Shown here: positions 1 through 10,296 of the stretch, piece by piece
Layout of the letters: each line of letters begins with the position of its first letter
Position numbering within the stretch: the stretch's first letter is position 1
NCBI GenBank assembly: GCA_963693055.1
Contig: OY843751.1
Coordinates: forward strand, 2,720,001-2,784,000
Length of the DNA stretch: 64,000 bases
Source: a bacterium
Lineage (GTDB): Bacteria; Zhuqueibacterota; Zhuqueibacteria; Residuimicrobiales; Krinioviventaceae
Direction of reading: 5' to 3'
Notes under the pieces: model-generated
The model's database searches: none
Told to the model about the DNA's origin: nothing
The model's input: the letters and a program-made list of their open reading frames with translations, nothing else
Made by a program: the position numbers and the translations under genes

Positions 1-1
1 T

Positions 2-688
2 TTACTTAGCAGTAGAACACCATTTTATGGATTGTTGATCACAATTCCATTGTTGATTGTTTATGAAATGATGACCTTGTTTGTTGGGCATTATGAAAAC
101 TATTCTGTCCGTAATTATGCGGAAATACTGTTCAAAGAACTGCTTGATTTGCTGGGATTACATGGTCCTGTCATGTTTGCTCTATTGGTAATTATTGTTT
201 TAGCAGTTGTGTTTTATTTCAGGGATCAAAAACATAAAAAGTTTTCACCCAGTTATTTAGGCTACATGTTTTTAGAGAGTACGTTTTATGCTATATTTCT
301 GGGTTTTATAGCATCCCGTTTTACACGGATGTTATTCATGGTTATTAATCCTCAAGATCAGCAGGTCTCAATTATGCTGTCTTTGGGTGCCGGATTTTAT
401 GAAGAATTAATTTTTCGTGTATTACTTTTTGGAATAACTGCCCGTACTTTGATATTATTAAAGATGCAGAAATTTACCGCGTATTTAATTTCCGCATTGT
501 TTTCTTCTGTTTTGTTCTCCTGGAGTCATTATATGGGATCAGAACAATTTCAAATAATTTCCGGATTTTTTCGGTTGTTTATGGGAATATTATTTTGTGT
601 TTTATATAAATTAAGAGGCTTTGGGATCACCGCTTATACGCATGCGTTATATGATCTTTTTCTTTTGGTAAATGTATGGTCAGTTTAA
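2..688 (+). CDS. CPBP/CAAX-type intramembrane glutamic endopeptidase (5' end probably outside window)
   Basis: Multi-TM protein with EELIFR, FSWSH and THALYD motifs; frame is open back to position 2. Confidence 0.85.
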   Translation, partial: LLSSRTPFYGLLITIPLLIVYEMMTLFVGHYENYSVRNYAEILFKELLDLLGLHGPVMFALLVIIVLAVVFYFRDQKHKKFSPSYLGYMFLESTFYAIFLGFIASRFTRMLFMVINPQDQQVSIMLSLGAGFYEELIFRVLLFGITARTLILLKMQKFTAYLISALFSSVLFSWSHYMGSEQFQIISGFFRLFMGILFCVLYKLRGFGITAYTHALYDLFLLVNVWSV

Positions 689-1737
689 ATTTAAAAAAAT
701 ATTATAAATATATTCTAGCTGTATTAATACTGGTAATTCTGCTGAGTAGTTTATCAGTTTATTTTTATTTCAATTATCCTTTTGATAACCAAAATCTATC
801 CCAAAAAGATTTTATTATTGAATGGGGCGAATCTTTTTCTTCTGTAAGTAATCGATTAGAAGCAGATTCGTTAATCAAAAGTTCTAATGGTTTAAAAGTA
901 TTGGCCCGCATTACGGGTAAAACAATGGATATCAAAGCCGGGAAATACACTTTGCCCAGATCCGGTTCATTATCATATATTCTAAATATGATTACAGAAG
1001 GACGTCAGAGTTTTATCAAAGTTACCATTCCTGAAGGCTTAACCATACAACGCATTTCCGTATTACTTGAAGATACTTTGAAAATTGATGCGGTAGAATT
1101 TAGACAATTAACTCAAGATACTAGTTTTATTAAAACATTGGGGCTTGAAAAAGGTGCCTCTTGTTCATCACTTGAAGGATATTTATTTCCTGAAACATAT
1201 AATTTCCCATATGGATTAAATGAAAAGCAGATCATCAGACAACTGGTATCAGCATTTAAAAGTCAGGTTACTGACTCTATGGTAAATGCCGGCTCAGAAT
1301 ATAATTTTGACTTAAACCAGATTATTGCCCTTGCTTCAATAATTGAGGGAGAAGCTATTCTGGATAACGAAAAACCAGTCATTTCATCCGTCTATCACAA
1401 TCGCTTACGTTTAGGTATGCTATTGCAGGCAGACCCTACTATTCAATACATAATTGATGATGGTCCCCGACGCTTACTTAACAGAGACCTGGAAATTGAA
1501 TCACCTTATAATACATACAAATATGCCGGTTTACCTCCGGGGCCAATTAATAATCCCGGTTTGATAGCAATCAAAGCTGCAGTATTTCCGGTTGAGAGTA
1601 AATTTTTATATTTTGTAGCTGATGGAAAGGGGGGGCATGTATTTAGTGAAACCCTTGCTCAGCATAATCGGGCAAAGCGGCAATTTAATCAGATCAGAAG
1701 GCAGGTTGCCAGAGAAAAACGCAGGAAGGAAATGTAA
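676..1737 (+). CDS. mltG: Endolytic transglycosylase MltG (YceG)
   Basis: N-terminal TM; TIPEG, LEGYLFPETY, LASIIEGE, LQADPT, SPYNTY, GLPPGPI motifs. Confidence 0.95.
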   Translation: MVSLNLKKYYKYILAVLILVILLSSLSVYFYFNYPFDNQNLSQKDFIIEWGESFSSVSNRLEADSLIKSSNGLKVLARITGKTMDIKAGKYTLPRSGSLSYILNMITEGRQSFIKVTIPEGLTIQRISVLLEDTLKIDAVEFRQLTQDTSFIKTLGLEKGASCSSLEGYLFPETYNFPYGLNEKQIIRQLVSAFKSQVTDSMVNAGSEYNFDLNQIIALASIIEGEAILDNEKPVISSVYHNRLRLGMLLQADPTIQYIIDDGPRRLLNRDLEIESPYNTYKYAGLPPGPINNPGLIAIKAAVFPVESKFLYFVADGKGGHVFSETLAQHNRAKRQFNQIRRQVAREKRRKEM

Positions 1738-3933
1738 TTGAGTTCTACGACGGATTGGATATATAAAGAATTAAACGAGAATCAACTTGCGGCTGTTAAA
1801 CAGCTTGATGGTCCGGTATTGATACTTGCCGGTGCAGGTAGTGGTAAAACCCGTGTTTTAACTTATCGCATTGCAAATTTACTAGCCCAGAATAAAGCTG
1901 AACCTTACCAGATCCTTTCTATGACATTTACAAACAAAGCGGCAGCAGAGATGCGGGAACGAATTGAAAAACTCGTTCCTGAAAATTCTGAAAGAATGTG
2001 GATGGGTACTTTTCATTCCTTGTTTGCAAAATTATTGCGACGGGATGGAGACAAGATTGGTTTTGATAGAAATTTTACAATTTATGACGTTGCCGACCAG
2101 GTTACATTACTTAAGACCATTATTGGAGAATTTAAGCTTCCTGTGCAGGAAGTTCAGCCCAAGATTGTTCAAAACAAAATCAGCAATGCAAAAAATGCTA
2201 TGATTATGCCTGAAGAATACAGCAACACTGTAGGCAATCCTATGGATGAGGTTGTGGCCAAGATCTATACCTTGTATCAAAAACGATTGTTGGAAAACAA
2301 TGCAATGGATTTTGATGATTTATTGATCAAACCCATTGAGCTTTTTTCCAAAAATCCGGATGTTCAGGCATTTTATCAAAATCGTTTTCAATATATAATG
2401 GTTGATGAATATCAGGATACAAACCACGCACAGTATAGAGCGTTGAAGATGATGACAGGTAAGGCAGGTAACATTTGTGTAGTAGGTGATGACGATCAAT
2501 CCATTTATCGTTGGCGTGGTGCTGACCTCAGGAATATCCTCGAGTTTGAATCTGACTATCCCAAATGTAAAAAATTTCGTCTGGAACAGAATTATCGTTC
2601 TACCAAAAATATTTTAGCAGCGGCGCATTCTGTGATTGTCAATAATGTAAAACGTCATGATAAAGAATTGTGGACGAATAGAGAGCCAGGTGAGCAGGTT
2701 ACCTTGACGACATTGTATGATGAACGTGAAGAGGCACGTTATATTGTTGGTCAAATAGGCAACGAATTCCGCAAAGCTGAACGTCGATTTTATGATTTTT
2801 CTATATTGTATCGTACCAATGCTCAATCCCGTGTACTTGAAGAAGCCTTACGTATAGATGGCATTCCTTACATCATTGTAGGTGGAGTAAAATTTTATGA
2901 ACGCAAAGAAGTCAAAGATGTTCTCGCTTATCTCAAAGTACTCGTTAATCCTGCTGACAGTATAAGTTTAAAGCGCATTATAAATTTCCCCTTACGTGGA
3001 ATTGGTGATTCTACCATTCAAAAACTTGAACTATACGCATTTGAGAAAAATAGATCTATCTATGAAGCATTAAAATATGTAGATGAAATCCAGGGTATTA
3101 CTGATAAAACAGTAAAACGAATTAGCAATTTTTACAAATTATTGAAAAAGTACCATTCATTGCAGGAAAAAGTATCTCCAACAGAACTTGCTACATCTTT
3201 GGTTGAAGAAACCAGTATACTCAAACAGTACAAAGAAGATCCTTCTGTAGAATCTCAAACCCGTGCTGAAAACGTTCGGGAGCTTTTGATTGCTATTGCG
3301 GAATATTGTAAGCAAAATGGTTCAGAAGCAACGCTTGAAGCATTTTTACAGCATGTTACCTTGACAACAGATATTGACACCTGGGATGATAAATCCAATG
3401 CGGTGACCATGATGACCCTGCACGCTGCAAAGGGTTTGGAATTTCCGGTTGTGTTTATTACAGGACTTGAAGAAGGTTTGTTTCCTACATCACGTAGTCT
3501 GGACGATCCACATGCGCTTGAGGAAGAGAGACGTTTGTTTTATGTGGGCGCAACCCGTGCACAGGATAAATTATATCTCACATTGACAAAAAACAGACAG
3601 CGGTATGGTGAGAATCCTGCTCGTGTAAAATCCCGTTTTATAAAAGAGCTTGATTCCCGATATGTTCAGTATGAACAAAGCCGTACTATACAAGCCAAAG
3701 AAGTCAAGAGACCGCGAGTGTATTACGAATCAGATTCAATGCCTGATTATGAAAATATGTCTCAGGAGAACATTGAATTTTCTGTAGGAATGCGTGTAAA
3801 ACATGTTAAATTTGGTAAAGGAAATATTTTAAAAATAGAACCCAGTCATGGAACATACAAGCTGCTTGTGATGTTTGATACAGCAGGAGAAAAAAGACTT
3901 GTATTACCTTATGCAAAATTGGAAATCTTATAG
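1738..3933 (+). CDS. pcrA: ATP-dependent DNA helicase PcrA/UvrD
   Basis: AGAGSGKT, TFTNKAA, VDEYQDTN, VGDDDQSIY, LEQNYRS, HAAKGLEF, EERRLFYV, C-terminal Tudor-like domain; TTG start. Confidence 0.95.
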   Translation: MSSTTDWIYKELNENQLAAVKQLDGPVLILAGAGSGKTRVLTYRIANLLAQNKAEPYQILSMTFTNKAAAEMRERIEKLVPENSERMWMGTFHSLFAKLLRRDGDKIGFDRNFTIYDVADQVTLLKTIIGEFKLPVQEVQPKIVQNKISNAKNAMIMPEEYSNTVGNPMDEVVAKIYTLYQKRLLENNAMDFDDLLIKPIELFSKNPDVQAFYQNRFQYIMVDEYQDTNHAQYRALKMMTGKAGNICVVGDDDQSIYRWRGADLRNILEFESDYPKCKKFRLEQNYRSTKNILAAAHSVIVNNVKRHDKELWTNREPGEQVTLTTLYDEREEARYIVGQIGNEFRKAERRFYDFSILYRTNAQSRVLEEALRIDGIPYIIVGGVKFYERKEVKDVLAYLKVLVNPADSISLKRIINFPLRGIGDSTIQKLELYAFEKNRSIYEALKYVDEIQGITDKTVKRISNFYKLLKKYHSLQEKVSPTELATSLVEETSILKQYKEDPSVESQTRAENVRELLIAIAEYCKQNGSEATLEAFLQHVTLTTDIDTWDDKSNAVTMMTLHAAKGLEFPVVFITGLEEGLFPTSRSLDDPHALEEERRLFYVGATRAQDKLYLTLTKNRQRYGENPARVKSRFIKELDSRYVQYEQSRTIQAKEVKRPRVYYESDSMPDYENMSQENIEFSVGMRVKHVKFGKGNILKIEPSHGTYKLLVMFDTAGEKRLVLPYAKLEIL

Positions 3934-3936
3934 CTT

Positions 3937-6900
3937 ATGAAAAAACTATTAATTTTTTGGATTCTGGTTATTCCTTTTTGGGTATTTGCTCAGGAAACTG
4001 CATTGCAGGAAGAACATGATTTTCGCTTTTCCATGCAGCTCATGAACAAAGAGATGTATGACCTTGCAGCTATTCAGTTTGATAAATTTACAGATAATTA
4101 TCCATCCAGTCCCAATGCACCGCAAGCAATGATTAATGCTGCATCCTGCTATGAAAAGATGGATAGCCTGAATGTGGCCGCCAAATATTATTACGACCTT
4201 GTGTTAAAGTTCCCGCAAAGCGAACTGGTAGACCAGGCTTTGTATAATAGAGGTATTTTGCTGCAAAAAATGGGTGATCATTTAAATGCTGCATTAAATC
4301 TTGAACGATTATTGATTTTTACACCTTCAAGTAATCTGGTGCCCGCTGCTCAGTTGTTAGCTGCAAAATCTTTTATTCAAATTAAAGATTATAACAAGGC
4401 ATTAAATGCTGCCAATATAGTCATTGAAAAATATCCTTCACATCCTGAGCGACCACATGCGCATTTAATAATAGCTGAAATTTATGGTTATCAAGGCAGA
4501 ATGGAATATGCCTTTAGCGAATTAGATAAAGTATCTGGTAACAATCTGGAAAATGAAATTACCCAGCAGGCGTATTTACTGAAATCGAAACTGTTCCGCG
4601 ATTCCGGCCGTTACTCCTCGTCTGACAGTCTGTTAGAGAATTTAATTCAAGCAAGGGTTGTAAATGATTTTGTACTTGAAGCAGGGTACCAACTTGCTTT
4701 ATCCTACCAGGCCTTTGGAGATTATCAGAAATCTATTAAAGTTGCAACAGGTTTATTAAATAAAAAGTCTGCTGGTGAATTACCCTCAAAATTAGTTTTG
4801 GTAACCGGTGACAACTATACTATGTTGAAAGAATATGAAACTGCACTTTCGTATTATTCTCAATGTGACACCTCAATTCTTGATGAAAATTGGGATACTG
4901 CCTTTTTATATCGTCTTGGTTTTGTTTACCAGAAACTCGAGCATGATCAAGAAGCAGTAGAGGTGTTTGAACATATTTTAAATAATCCCGGTTCGATTGA
5001 TACCTATATTCTCTTTAAAACTCTTGAAGCATATGCACTTTTGTTAAAAGAAAGTAATAATGCGATAGAAGCTGTTGATTTACTACAGCAATCATTACAA
5101 AAGCCTGTTTATTCTATTTATAAAGATCAAATTTTATATATTTTGGGAGAGATACAGGAAAACGGTTTGAATGATTGGGCCGGTGCACGTTCAAGTTATT
5201 CTTCAATCCAATCTGCTGCTTTAAAAAGTAATTTGGCTGATCAGGCACAAATTAAAATTTGCCAAACTTTTGAAAAAGAAGGAAATCCTGAGCAGGCTTT
5301 GCGAGAATATGAAAGATTCCTGAATATTTATCCAGCTTCTAATAAATATCAGGAAATCAAATCAAAAGCTGAAATTTTGAAAAAGCAATTACCTGTTTCC
5401 TCAAATACAGACATGATTGCAAAAATGTTTCTACAGGACCTTAACAGTCCATCCAGTGCGCAAACGCTTGCTGATCTTGCGGAAATATTAATTAATGAGA
5501 GACATGATTACCAGACAGCCATTTCTTTTATTGAAAAAGCTGTTGCAGCAGATATGACAGAGTCTTTGGATTTAAAAAAATTGGCATTTGAAAAAGCATA
5601 TTGTCATGCTATATTATCTGAAATTAATTTTTCCAACCATCAACCCATCAAAGCCAAAGCGCATAAAGATACGCTCAACCAGCTTTATGGACACATGTTG
5701 GCAGGTTTTCCTAATTCTGAGCAAACGTTTAAAACCTATATATATAAAATCAAGCTCGACTTGATGGAAATTGAATCACCGGACCAGGTTTCCCGTTACC
5801 TGGATTCAACTCTGGTGAAAATTCCCAAGGAAATCAAGTCTGATCCCCAATATGTTACTCTTGAATTAATGCAGATCCATTCTCTGCTTGATACAAAAAC
5901 AGACACAACCAATTGGTTAAAGCTCCAAAAAGCAAATATGATTTGCGGTAGCATTCAATCCACTACAAGCGACCCTGATCTGGTTTTGGAATCACAATTA
6001 TTAAATGCTGAAATACTTTACAAGCTTTCCGAGGCTGATAGTGCAATCAAAGTTCTTGCACAAATCAAAAAAAGCAATGCTGTTGGTGTTCAGGCACAGT
6101 ATTTACTTGCCAATTTGTATCAGGAGCAAGAGATGTATGACAAAGCGTTGCGCATCTATCATACATTAATAAGCACTCACTATTATTCACCATTAGCTAT
6201 AGATGCCGTTAAAAATAGTATAGAAATACTTTATGAATTAGACAAAATTCAGGATGCACGGGTATTGGTTGATCAATATCTTGAATACAAGGGTAGTGAG
6301 TATCTTCCCAATTTTTTTTTCGATACCCAATTTGATGAATTAATATGGCTATCTGCCAAATTGTCAGATAAAAATCAGGAACCCGTCAAAGCAACACAGG
6401 ATCTACAAAGATATCTTTACACCAGTAATGCCCCAAAACACCAGGCTGAAGCATTGTTGCTCTTGGGTGATATTGCGAGGGAATCAAATAATAACGAAAT
6501 TGCTATTGGTCATTATACTGAACTGGTCCAAAAATTTCCTGCTGATACCCTGGCACAAAGTGCCAGAGAGTCCATTGCAGATATTTCCTTCCAGATGGAA
6601 GATTATCAACAGGCATTGCAGCATTACAAAACCATAAAATCCCAGCAAACCGGAGATAAGAAAATTTTTGCTTATTCACGAGAAGTGGTTTGTGAATTCC
6701 GTCTTGGAGAGCTAGCCAAAGCAAAAAATCTTGCTAAACAATTTACAAAAACCTATAAACATCAGGATAAATATGAAGCAGAATTCCTTTATGAAGAAGG
6801 CATGCTTCAAATAAAGCTTAAAAATTTTGATGATGCGGAAGATGCATTCAAAGATCTTTCTAAAAAATATGATGATATTCCGGAGGGAGCAAAAGGCGCA

Positions 6901-7614
6901 TTGGGCCTCGCCAGAATGTATGTGATTACAGGAAAACCGGAAGATGCCTTGAAAATTTTAACACAAATTCCCGAAGATTACGATGATCCCATCATTCTGG
7001 CTACCGCATATTTAAATCTTGCAGATTTTTATTACGAGAACCGTCTGTTACCACAATGTATTGCTGCAAATGAAAAAGTATTAGAGCTTGTAGATTCTGG
7101 TTATTTACATAAAAGTGCTATGAATTTGCTGATCAAAACTTATGATCAATTCAAATTAGGGGATAAAGCCATAGCATTGATCCGGGAGTTTATTGAAAAA
7201 TATCCCAACGATCCGGATATTATGATCAAAAAAATCCAGATTGGTATTCTTTTGCATGATATAAAGGATTATGATCGCTCTATATCATACTTGAAAAACC
7301 TAAAGCCTTTTGTAAGCAGTACGGATGAGCCCGAAGTACAATATTATATTGCATTGTCGTATATGGATAAAGGAGATTTTGATCAGGCAATAGTAGAGTT
7401 TTTAAAGGTTAAATATCTCAGCAAAGACACAAAGTTGCCCTGGAAGGTTTCTTCGCTGTATCAGGCAGGTATTGCTTATCGAAAATTGGGCAATTACGAT
7501 AAAGCTATTGAATTATTGCAGCAGGTAGTACGCGAACAAGGTGCTGTTGACAGTTTTGGGCAGGCTGCCGCTTCAAAAATCAAAGAAATTGAATCTGAAA
7601 GAGCGCAATTGTAA
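3937..7614 (+). CDS. Large exported tetratricopeptide-repeat protein
   Basis: Signal peptide (WVFA-Q); many helical TPR units ending in YP.S/FP.S typical of CpoB/BamD-like repeats. Confidence 0.85.
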   Translation: MKKLLIFWILVIPFWVFAQETALQEEHDFRFSMQLMNKEMYDLAAIQFDKFTDNYPSSPNAPQAMINAASCYEKMDSLNVAAKYYYDLVLKFPQSELVDQALYNRGILLQKMGDHLNAALNLERLLIFTPSSNLVPAAQLLAAKSFIQIKDYNKALNAANIVIEKYPSHPERPHAHLIIAEIYGYQGRMEYAFSELDKVSGNNLENEITQQAYLLKSKLFRDSGRYSSSDSLLENLIQARVVNDFVLEAGYQLALSYQAFGDYQKSIKVATGLLNKKSAGELPSKLVLVTGDNYTMLKEYETALSYYSQCDTSILDENWDTAFLYRLGFVYQKLEHDQEAVEVFEHILNNPGSIDTYILFKTLEAYALLLKESNNAIEAVDLLQQSLQKPVYSIYKDQILYILGEIQENGLNDWAGARSSYSSIQSAALKSNLADQAQIKICQTFEKEGNPEQALREYERFLNIYPASNKYQEIKSKAEILKKQLPVSSNTDMIAKMFLQDLNSPSSAQTLADLAEILINERHDYQTAISFIEKAVAADMTESLDLKKLAFEKAYCHAILSEINFSNHQPIKAKAHKDTLNQLYGHMLAGFPNSEQTFKTYIYKIKLDLMEIESPDQVSRYLDSTLVKIPKEIKSDPQYVTLELMQIHSLLDTKTDTTNWLKLQKANMICGSIQSTTSDPDLVLESQLLNAEILYKLSEADSAIKVLAQIKKSNAVGVQAQYLLANLYQEQEMYDKALRIYHTLISTHYYSPLAIDAVKNSIEILYELDKIQDARVLVDQYLEYKGSEYLPNFFFDTQFDELIWLSAKLSDKNQEPVKATQDLQRYLYTSNAPKHQAEALLLLGDIARESNNNEIAIGHYTELVQKFPADTLAQSARESIADISFQMEDYQQALQHYKTIKSQQTGDKKIFAYSREVVCEFRLGELAKAKNLAKQFTKTYKHQDKYEAEFLYEEGMLQIKLKNFDDAEDAFKDLSKKYDDIPEGAKGALGLARMYVITGKPEDALKILTQIPEDYDDPIILATAYLNLADFYYENRLLPQCIAANEKVLELVDSGYLHKSAMNLLIKTYDQFKLGDKAIALIREFIEKYPNDPDIMIKKIQIGILLHDIKDYDRSISYLKNLKPFVSSTDEPEVQYYIALSYMDKGDFDQAIVEFLKVKYLSKDTKLPWKVSSLYQAGIAYRKLGNYDKAIELLQQVVREQGAVDSFGQAAASKIKEIESERAQL

Positions 7615-7615
7615 T

Positions 7616-8464
7616 ATGGATAAAATATTAATAGATACAGCAAAAGAGATCCTCGATAACGCACTTTTGGAGGATCTGGGTACATGGGGTGATATTACCA
7701 CATTTGCAACAGCCAGTGATGAACAAATTGCTTCTGCCCAAATTATTGCCAAACAGGAGGGAGTAATATCGGGGTTAGAAATTGCCGAATTGGTATTTAC
7801 ATCAATTGATAATACTGTTACATGCAAAAAGCATGTATCCGATGGTGACAGCGTAAATAATCGTAAAGAGATCATGACCATTACAGGTAAAGCATCAAGT
7901 TTGCTAAGTGCTGAACGTACGGCGCTTAATTTTTTAGGTCATTTATCTGGAGTTGCAACATTAACCAGCCAATTTGTTGCAGAAACAAAAGGTACCAAAG
8001 CCAAAATTCTGGATACCCGCAAGACAACTCCCGGTTGGAGATTGCTTGAAAAATATGCAGTTGTGTGCGGAGGTGGAATGAACCATCGTATGGGATTGCA
8101 TGATATGTTTTTAATCAAAGATAATCACATTTCACATTGTGGCTGTATAACCAATTCTGTAAAAAAATGCCACAAGTATATGGAAGAAAAGAGAATTCAG
8201 GCACCAATTGAAGTTGAAGTTAAAAATCTTTCTGAATTTCGTGAAGCTGCTTCTTTGGATGTTGATAGAATTATGCTTGATAATATGAGTGACGAGTTGA
8301 TTCAAGAGTGTATAAAAGCCAATCATGGCAATATACCCCTGGAAATATCCGGGAATGTTAATCTGGATACCGTAAAAAGATATGCTCAAACAGGTGTAGA
8401 TTTTATATCGGTGGGAGCCTTAACTCATTCTTTTCGGAACTTTGATTTCAGTATGTTGTTTTAA
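7616..8464 (+). CDS. nadC: Nicotinate-nucleotide diphosphorylase (carboxylating)
   Basis: EDLG..GDITT, ERTALN, DTRKTTPG, NHRMGL, IKDNH, IMLDNM, SVGALTHS; start moved to ATG 7616 just after the upstream stop. Confidence 0.95.
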   Translation: MDKILIDTAKEILDNALLEDLGTWGDITTFATASDEQIASAQIIAKQEGVISGLEIAELVFTSIDNTVTCKKHVSDGDSVNNRKEIMTITGKASSLLSAERTALNFLGHLSGVATLTSQFVAETKGTKAKILDTRKTTPGWRLLEKYAVVCGGGMNHRMGLHDMFLIKDNHISHCGCITNSVKKCHKYMEEKRIQAPIEVEVKNLSEFREAASLDVDRIMLDNMSDELIQECIKANHGNIPLEISGNVNLDTVKRYAQTGVDFISVGALTHSFRNFDFSMLF

Positions 8465-8566
8465 TATTATGACGTTATGCCAGATAATACGACAATATGA
8501 CAATCGGCAAATAATAACAGATATTCAAGTTTGTTGTTTCTTTTAGGGTTATCGGCTTTTTGCATC

Positions 8567-8583
8567 TTGGAATAGTATTTGCA
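8567..8583 (+). promoter_or_regulatory. Putative sigma-54 (-24/-12) promoter of the ClpX-like gene
   Basis: TTGGAATAGTATTTGCA: GG-N10-GC with TTGCA, ~53 nt before the ATG. Confidence 0.6.
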
Positions 8584-8635
8584 AGTATAACGTTAGATTA
8601 TATAATAGTTTGTTTATTTAAAGAGGTGTATATAC

Positions 8636-10168
8636 ATGAATAGACCTGAAAACAATAAAATTCCTACTCCTGAAGAATTGCAAAAAGATGTTGCTGATTT
8701 TTTAAAGGATAAATACGGTAAAAATGTGATTATTCCACAGCAACCCAATAGTTACGGGTCTGATTCAGGTGAAAAAGTAGAAACCCCCAAGCCTGAATAT
8801 AAAATTAATTTCAATCTAAAACCAACTGAACTTGAAGAATATTTAAACAAGTATGTTGTTGGTCAGGACGAAGCTGTTGAAGTTTTAGCTACAAAGATCT
8901 GTACGCATTTTAACAGAATGAATTATGAGAAAAACCATCCCGAAACTGAAGAGCTGGTTGGTAATATTAAAAGTAATGTGTTAATGATTGGGCCCACCGG
9001 TGTTGGTAAAACCTATCTTATCAAGCTTATTGCAAAAAAGATTGGTGTACCTTTTGTAAAAGGGGATGCTACAAAATTCAGTGAAACCGGTTATGTAGGT
9101 GGAGATGTTGAAGACCTCGTAAGAAACCTGGTGCACGAGGCTAATGGCGATATCTCTCTAGCCGAGTATGGTATCATTTATCTGGATGAAATAGATAAAA
9201 TCGCTTCAATGTCTAATGGATCTGGACCTGATGTATCCAGAGGTGGAGTGCAGAGAAACCTTTTAAAATTGATGGAAGAAGCCGAAGTTGATTTAAAAAC
9301 ACCTCATGATCTGGCTTCTCAAATGGAAGCAGCTATGGAAGCTCAACGGACAGGCAAAGTTAATCGCAAAAAGATCAATACTAAAAATATTTTGTTTGTA
9401 ATGAGTGGTGCGTTTTTTCAATTAAGTGAAATTATAAGACGCAGATTGAATCAACAACCTATAGGTTTTCAGGCGAAAAGTGATGAAAATCTCAGTTCTA
9501 ACAATGATCTTGAAATTATGAAAAATGTTAAAACCGAAGATTTGATTAAATTTGGTTTTGAATCTGAATTTATTGGCCGTTTGCCGGTAGTTGTGACGCT
9601 GAACACGCTTGATATAGATGGATTGTATCGCATTCTCAGTAATCCCAATAGTTCTGTTATTCAGGGTAAAAAGCGTGATTTTATGGGATACGACATTGAT
9701 ATTGATTTTCAAGACGATGCGTTGAAAAAAATGGCAGAACTGGCTTATGAAGAACAAACCGGTGCACGTGGTTTGGTGAGTGTTGTTGATAAAATGATGT
9801 TAAAGTATGAAAAAATGCTTCCAGACACAGATATTCATGAGCTAATGTTTACCGAGAAAATGATAAACAAACCGGTAGAAGAATTGGAAAAAATACTTAC
9901 TTCTTATTATATTAAAAAATTTCAAAAACGCTTTTTGGTAACCAATGGAATTGTTATAACATTCACTGATAAAGCTATCGAGTTGTTAAATCGTGATGCT
10001 AAAATTAACAAAATAACATTGGAAGAAGAGTGTAATAATCTATTGCGGGATTATGAATATGGTTTACGCCTGCTTGGCAAGGAAGAGTTTACAGTTGATG
10101 AGCAAATTGTTACCAATCCCAAAGAGCGGCTTGAGGAATTAATTAAACTCAGTTATGAAAATAAATAG
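8636..10168 (+). CDS. ClpX-like AAA+ unfoldase lacking the N-terminal Zn finger, with C-terminal extension
   Basis: VVGQDEA, KSNVLMIGPTGVGKT, GYVG pore loop, LDEIDK, IGF loop, EFIGRLP, TGARGL; RBS AGAGG. Confidence 0.85.
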   Translation: MNRPENNKIPTPEELQKDVADFLKDKYGKNVIIPQQPNSYGSDSGEKVETPKPEYKINFNLKPTELEEYLNKYVVGQDEAVEVLATKICTHFNRMNYEKNHPETEELVGNIKSNVLMIGPTGVGKTYLIKLIAKKIGVPFVKGDATKFSETGYVGGDVEDLVRNLVHEANGDISLAEYGIIYLDEIDKIASMSNGSGPDVSRGGVQRNLLKLMEEAEVDLKTPHDLASQMEAAMEAQRTGKVNRKKINTKNILFVMSGAFFQLSEIIRRRLNQQPIGFQAKSDENLSSNNDLEIMKNVKTEDLIKFGFESEFIGRLPVVVTLNTLDIDGLYRILSNPNSSVIQGKKRDFMGYDIDIDFQDDALKKMAELAYEEQTGARGLVSVVDKMMLKYEKMLPDTDIHELMFTEKMINKPVEELEKILTSYYIKKFQKRFLVTNGIVITFTDKAIELLNRDAKINKITLEEECNNLLRDYEYGLRLLGKEEFTVDEQIVTNPKERLEELIKLSYENK

Positions 10169-10194
10169 CATTATTAAATAAAATATCGTATTTT

Positions 10195-10228
10195 AAAAAG
10201 CCGTTTCATTCTTGAGACGGCTTTTTTC
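10195..10228 (+). terminator. Rho-independent terminator
   Basis: AAAAAGCCGTTTCA-TTCT-TGAGACGGCTTTTTT. Confidence 0.85.
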
Positions 10229-10296
10229 TTATATTTTATATTTTTTTTTATTAAATTTATTATAATATTGATATTAACAAGCAGTTTTAGATAGCA

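Noticed and set aside
7541-7615. Longer ORF-track starts (7541, also 14882, 17352, 18823, 35455, 37384, 42378, 61628)
   Set aside because: They overlap upstream genes or lack an RBS; downstream ATGs fit signal peptides and coupling better
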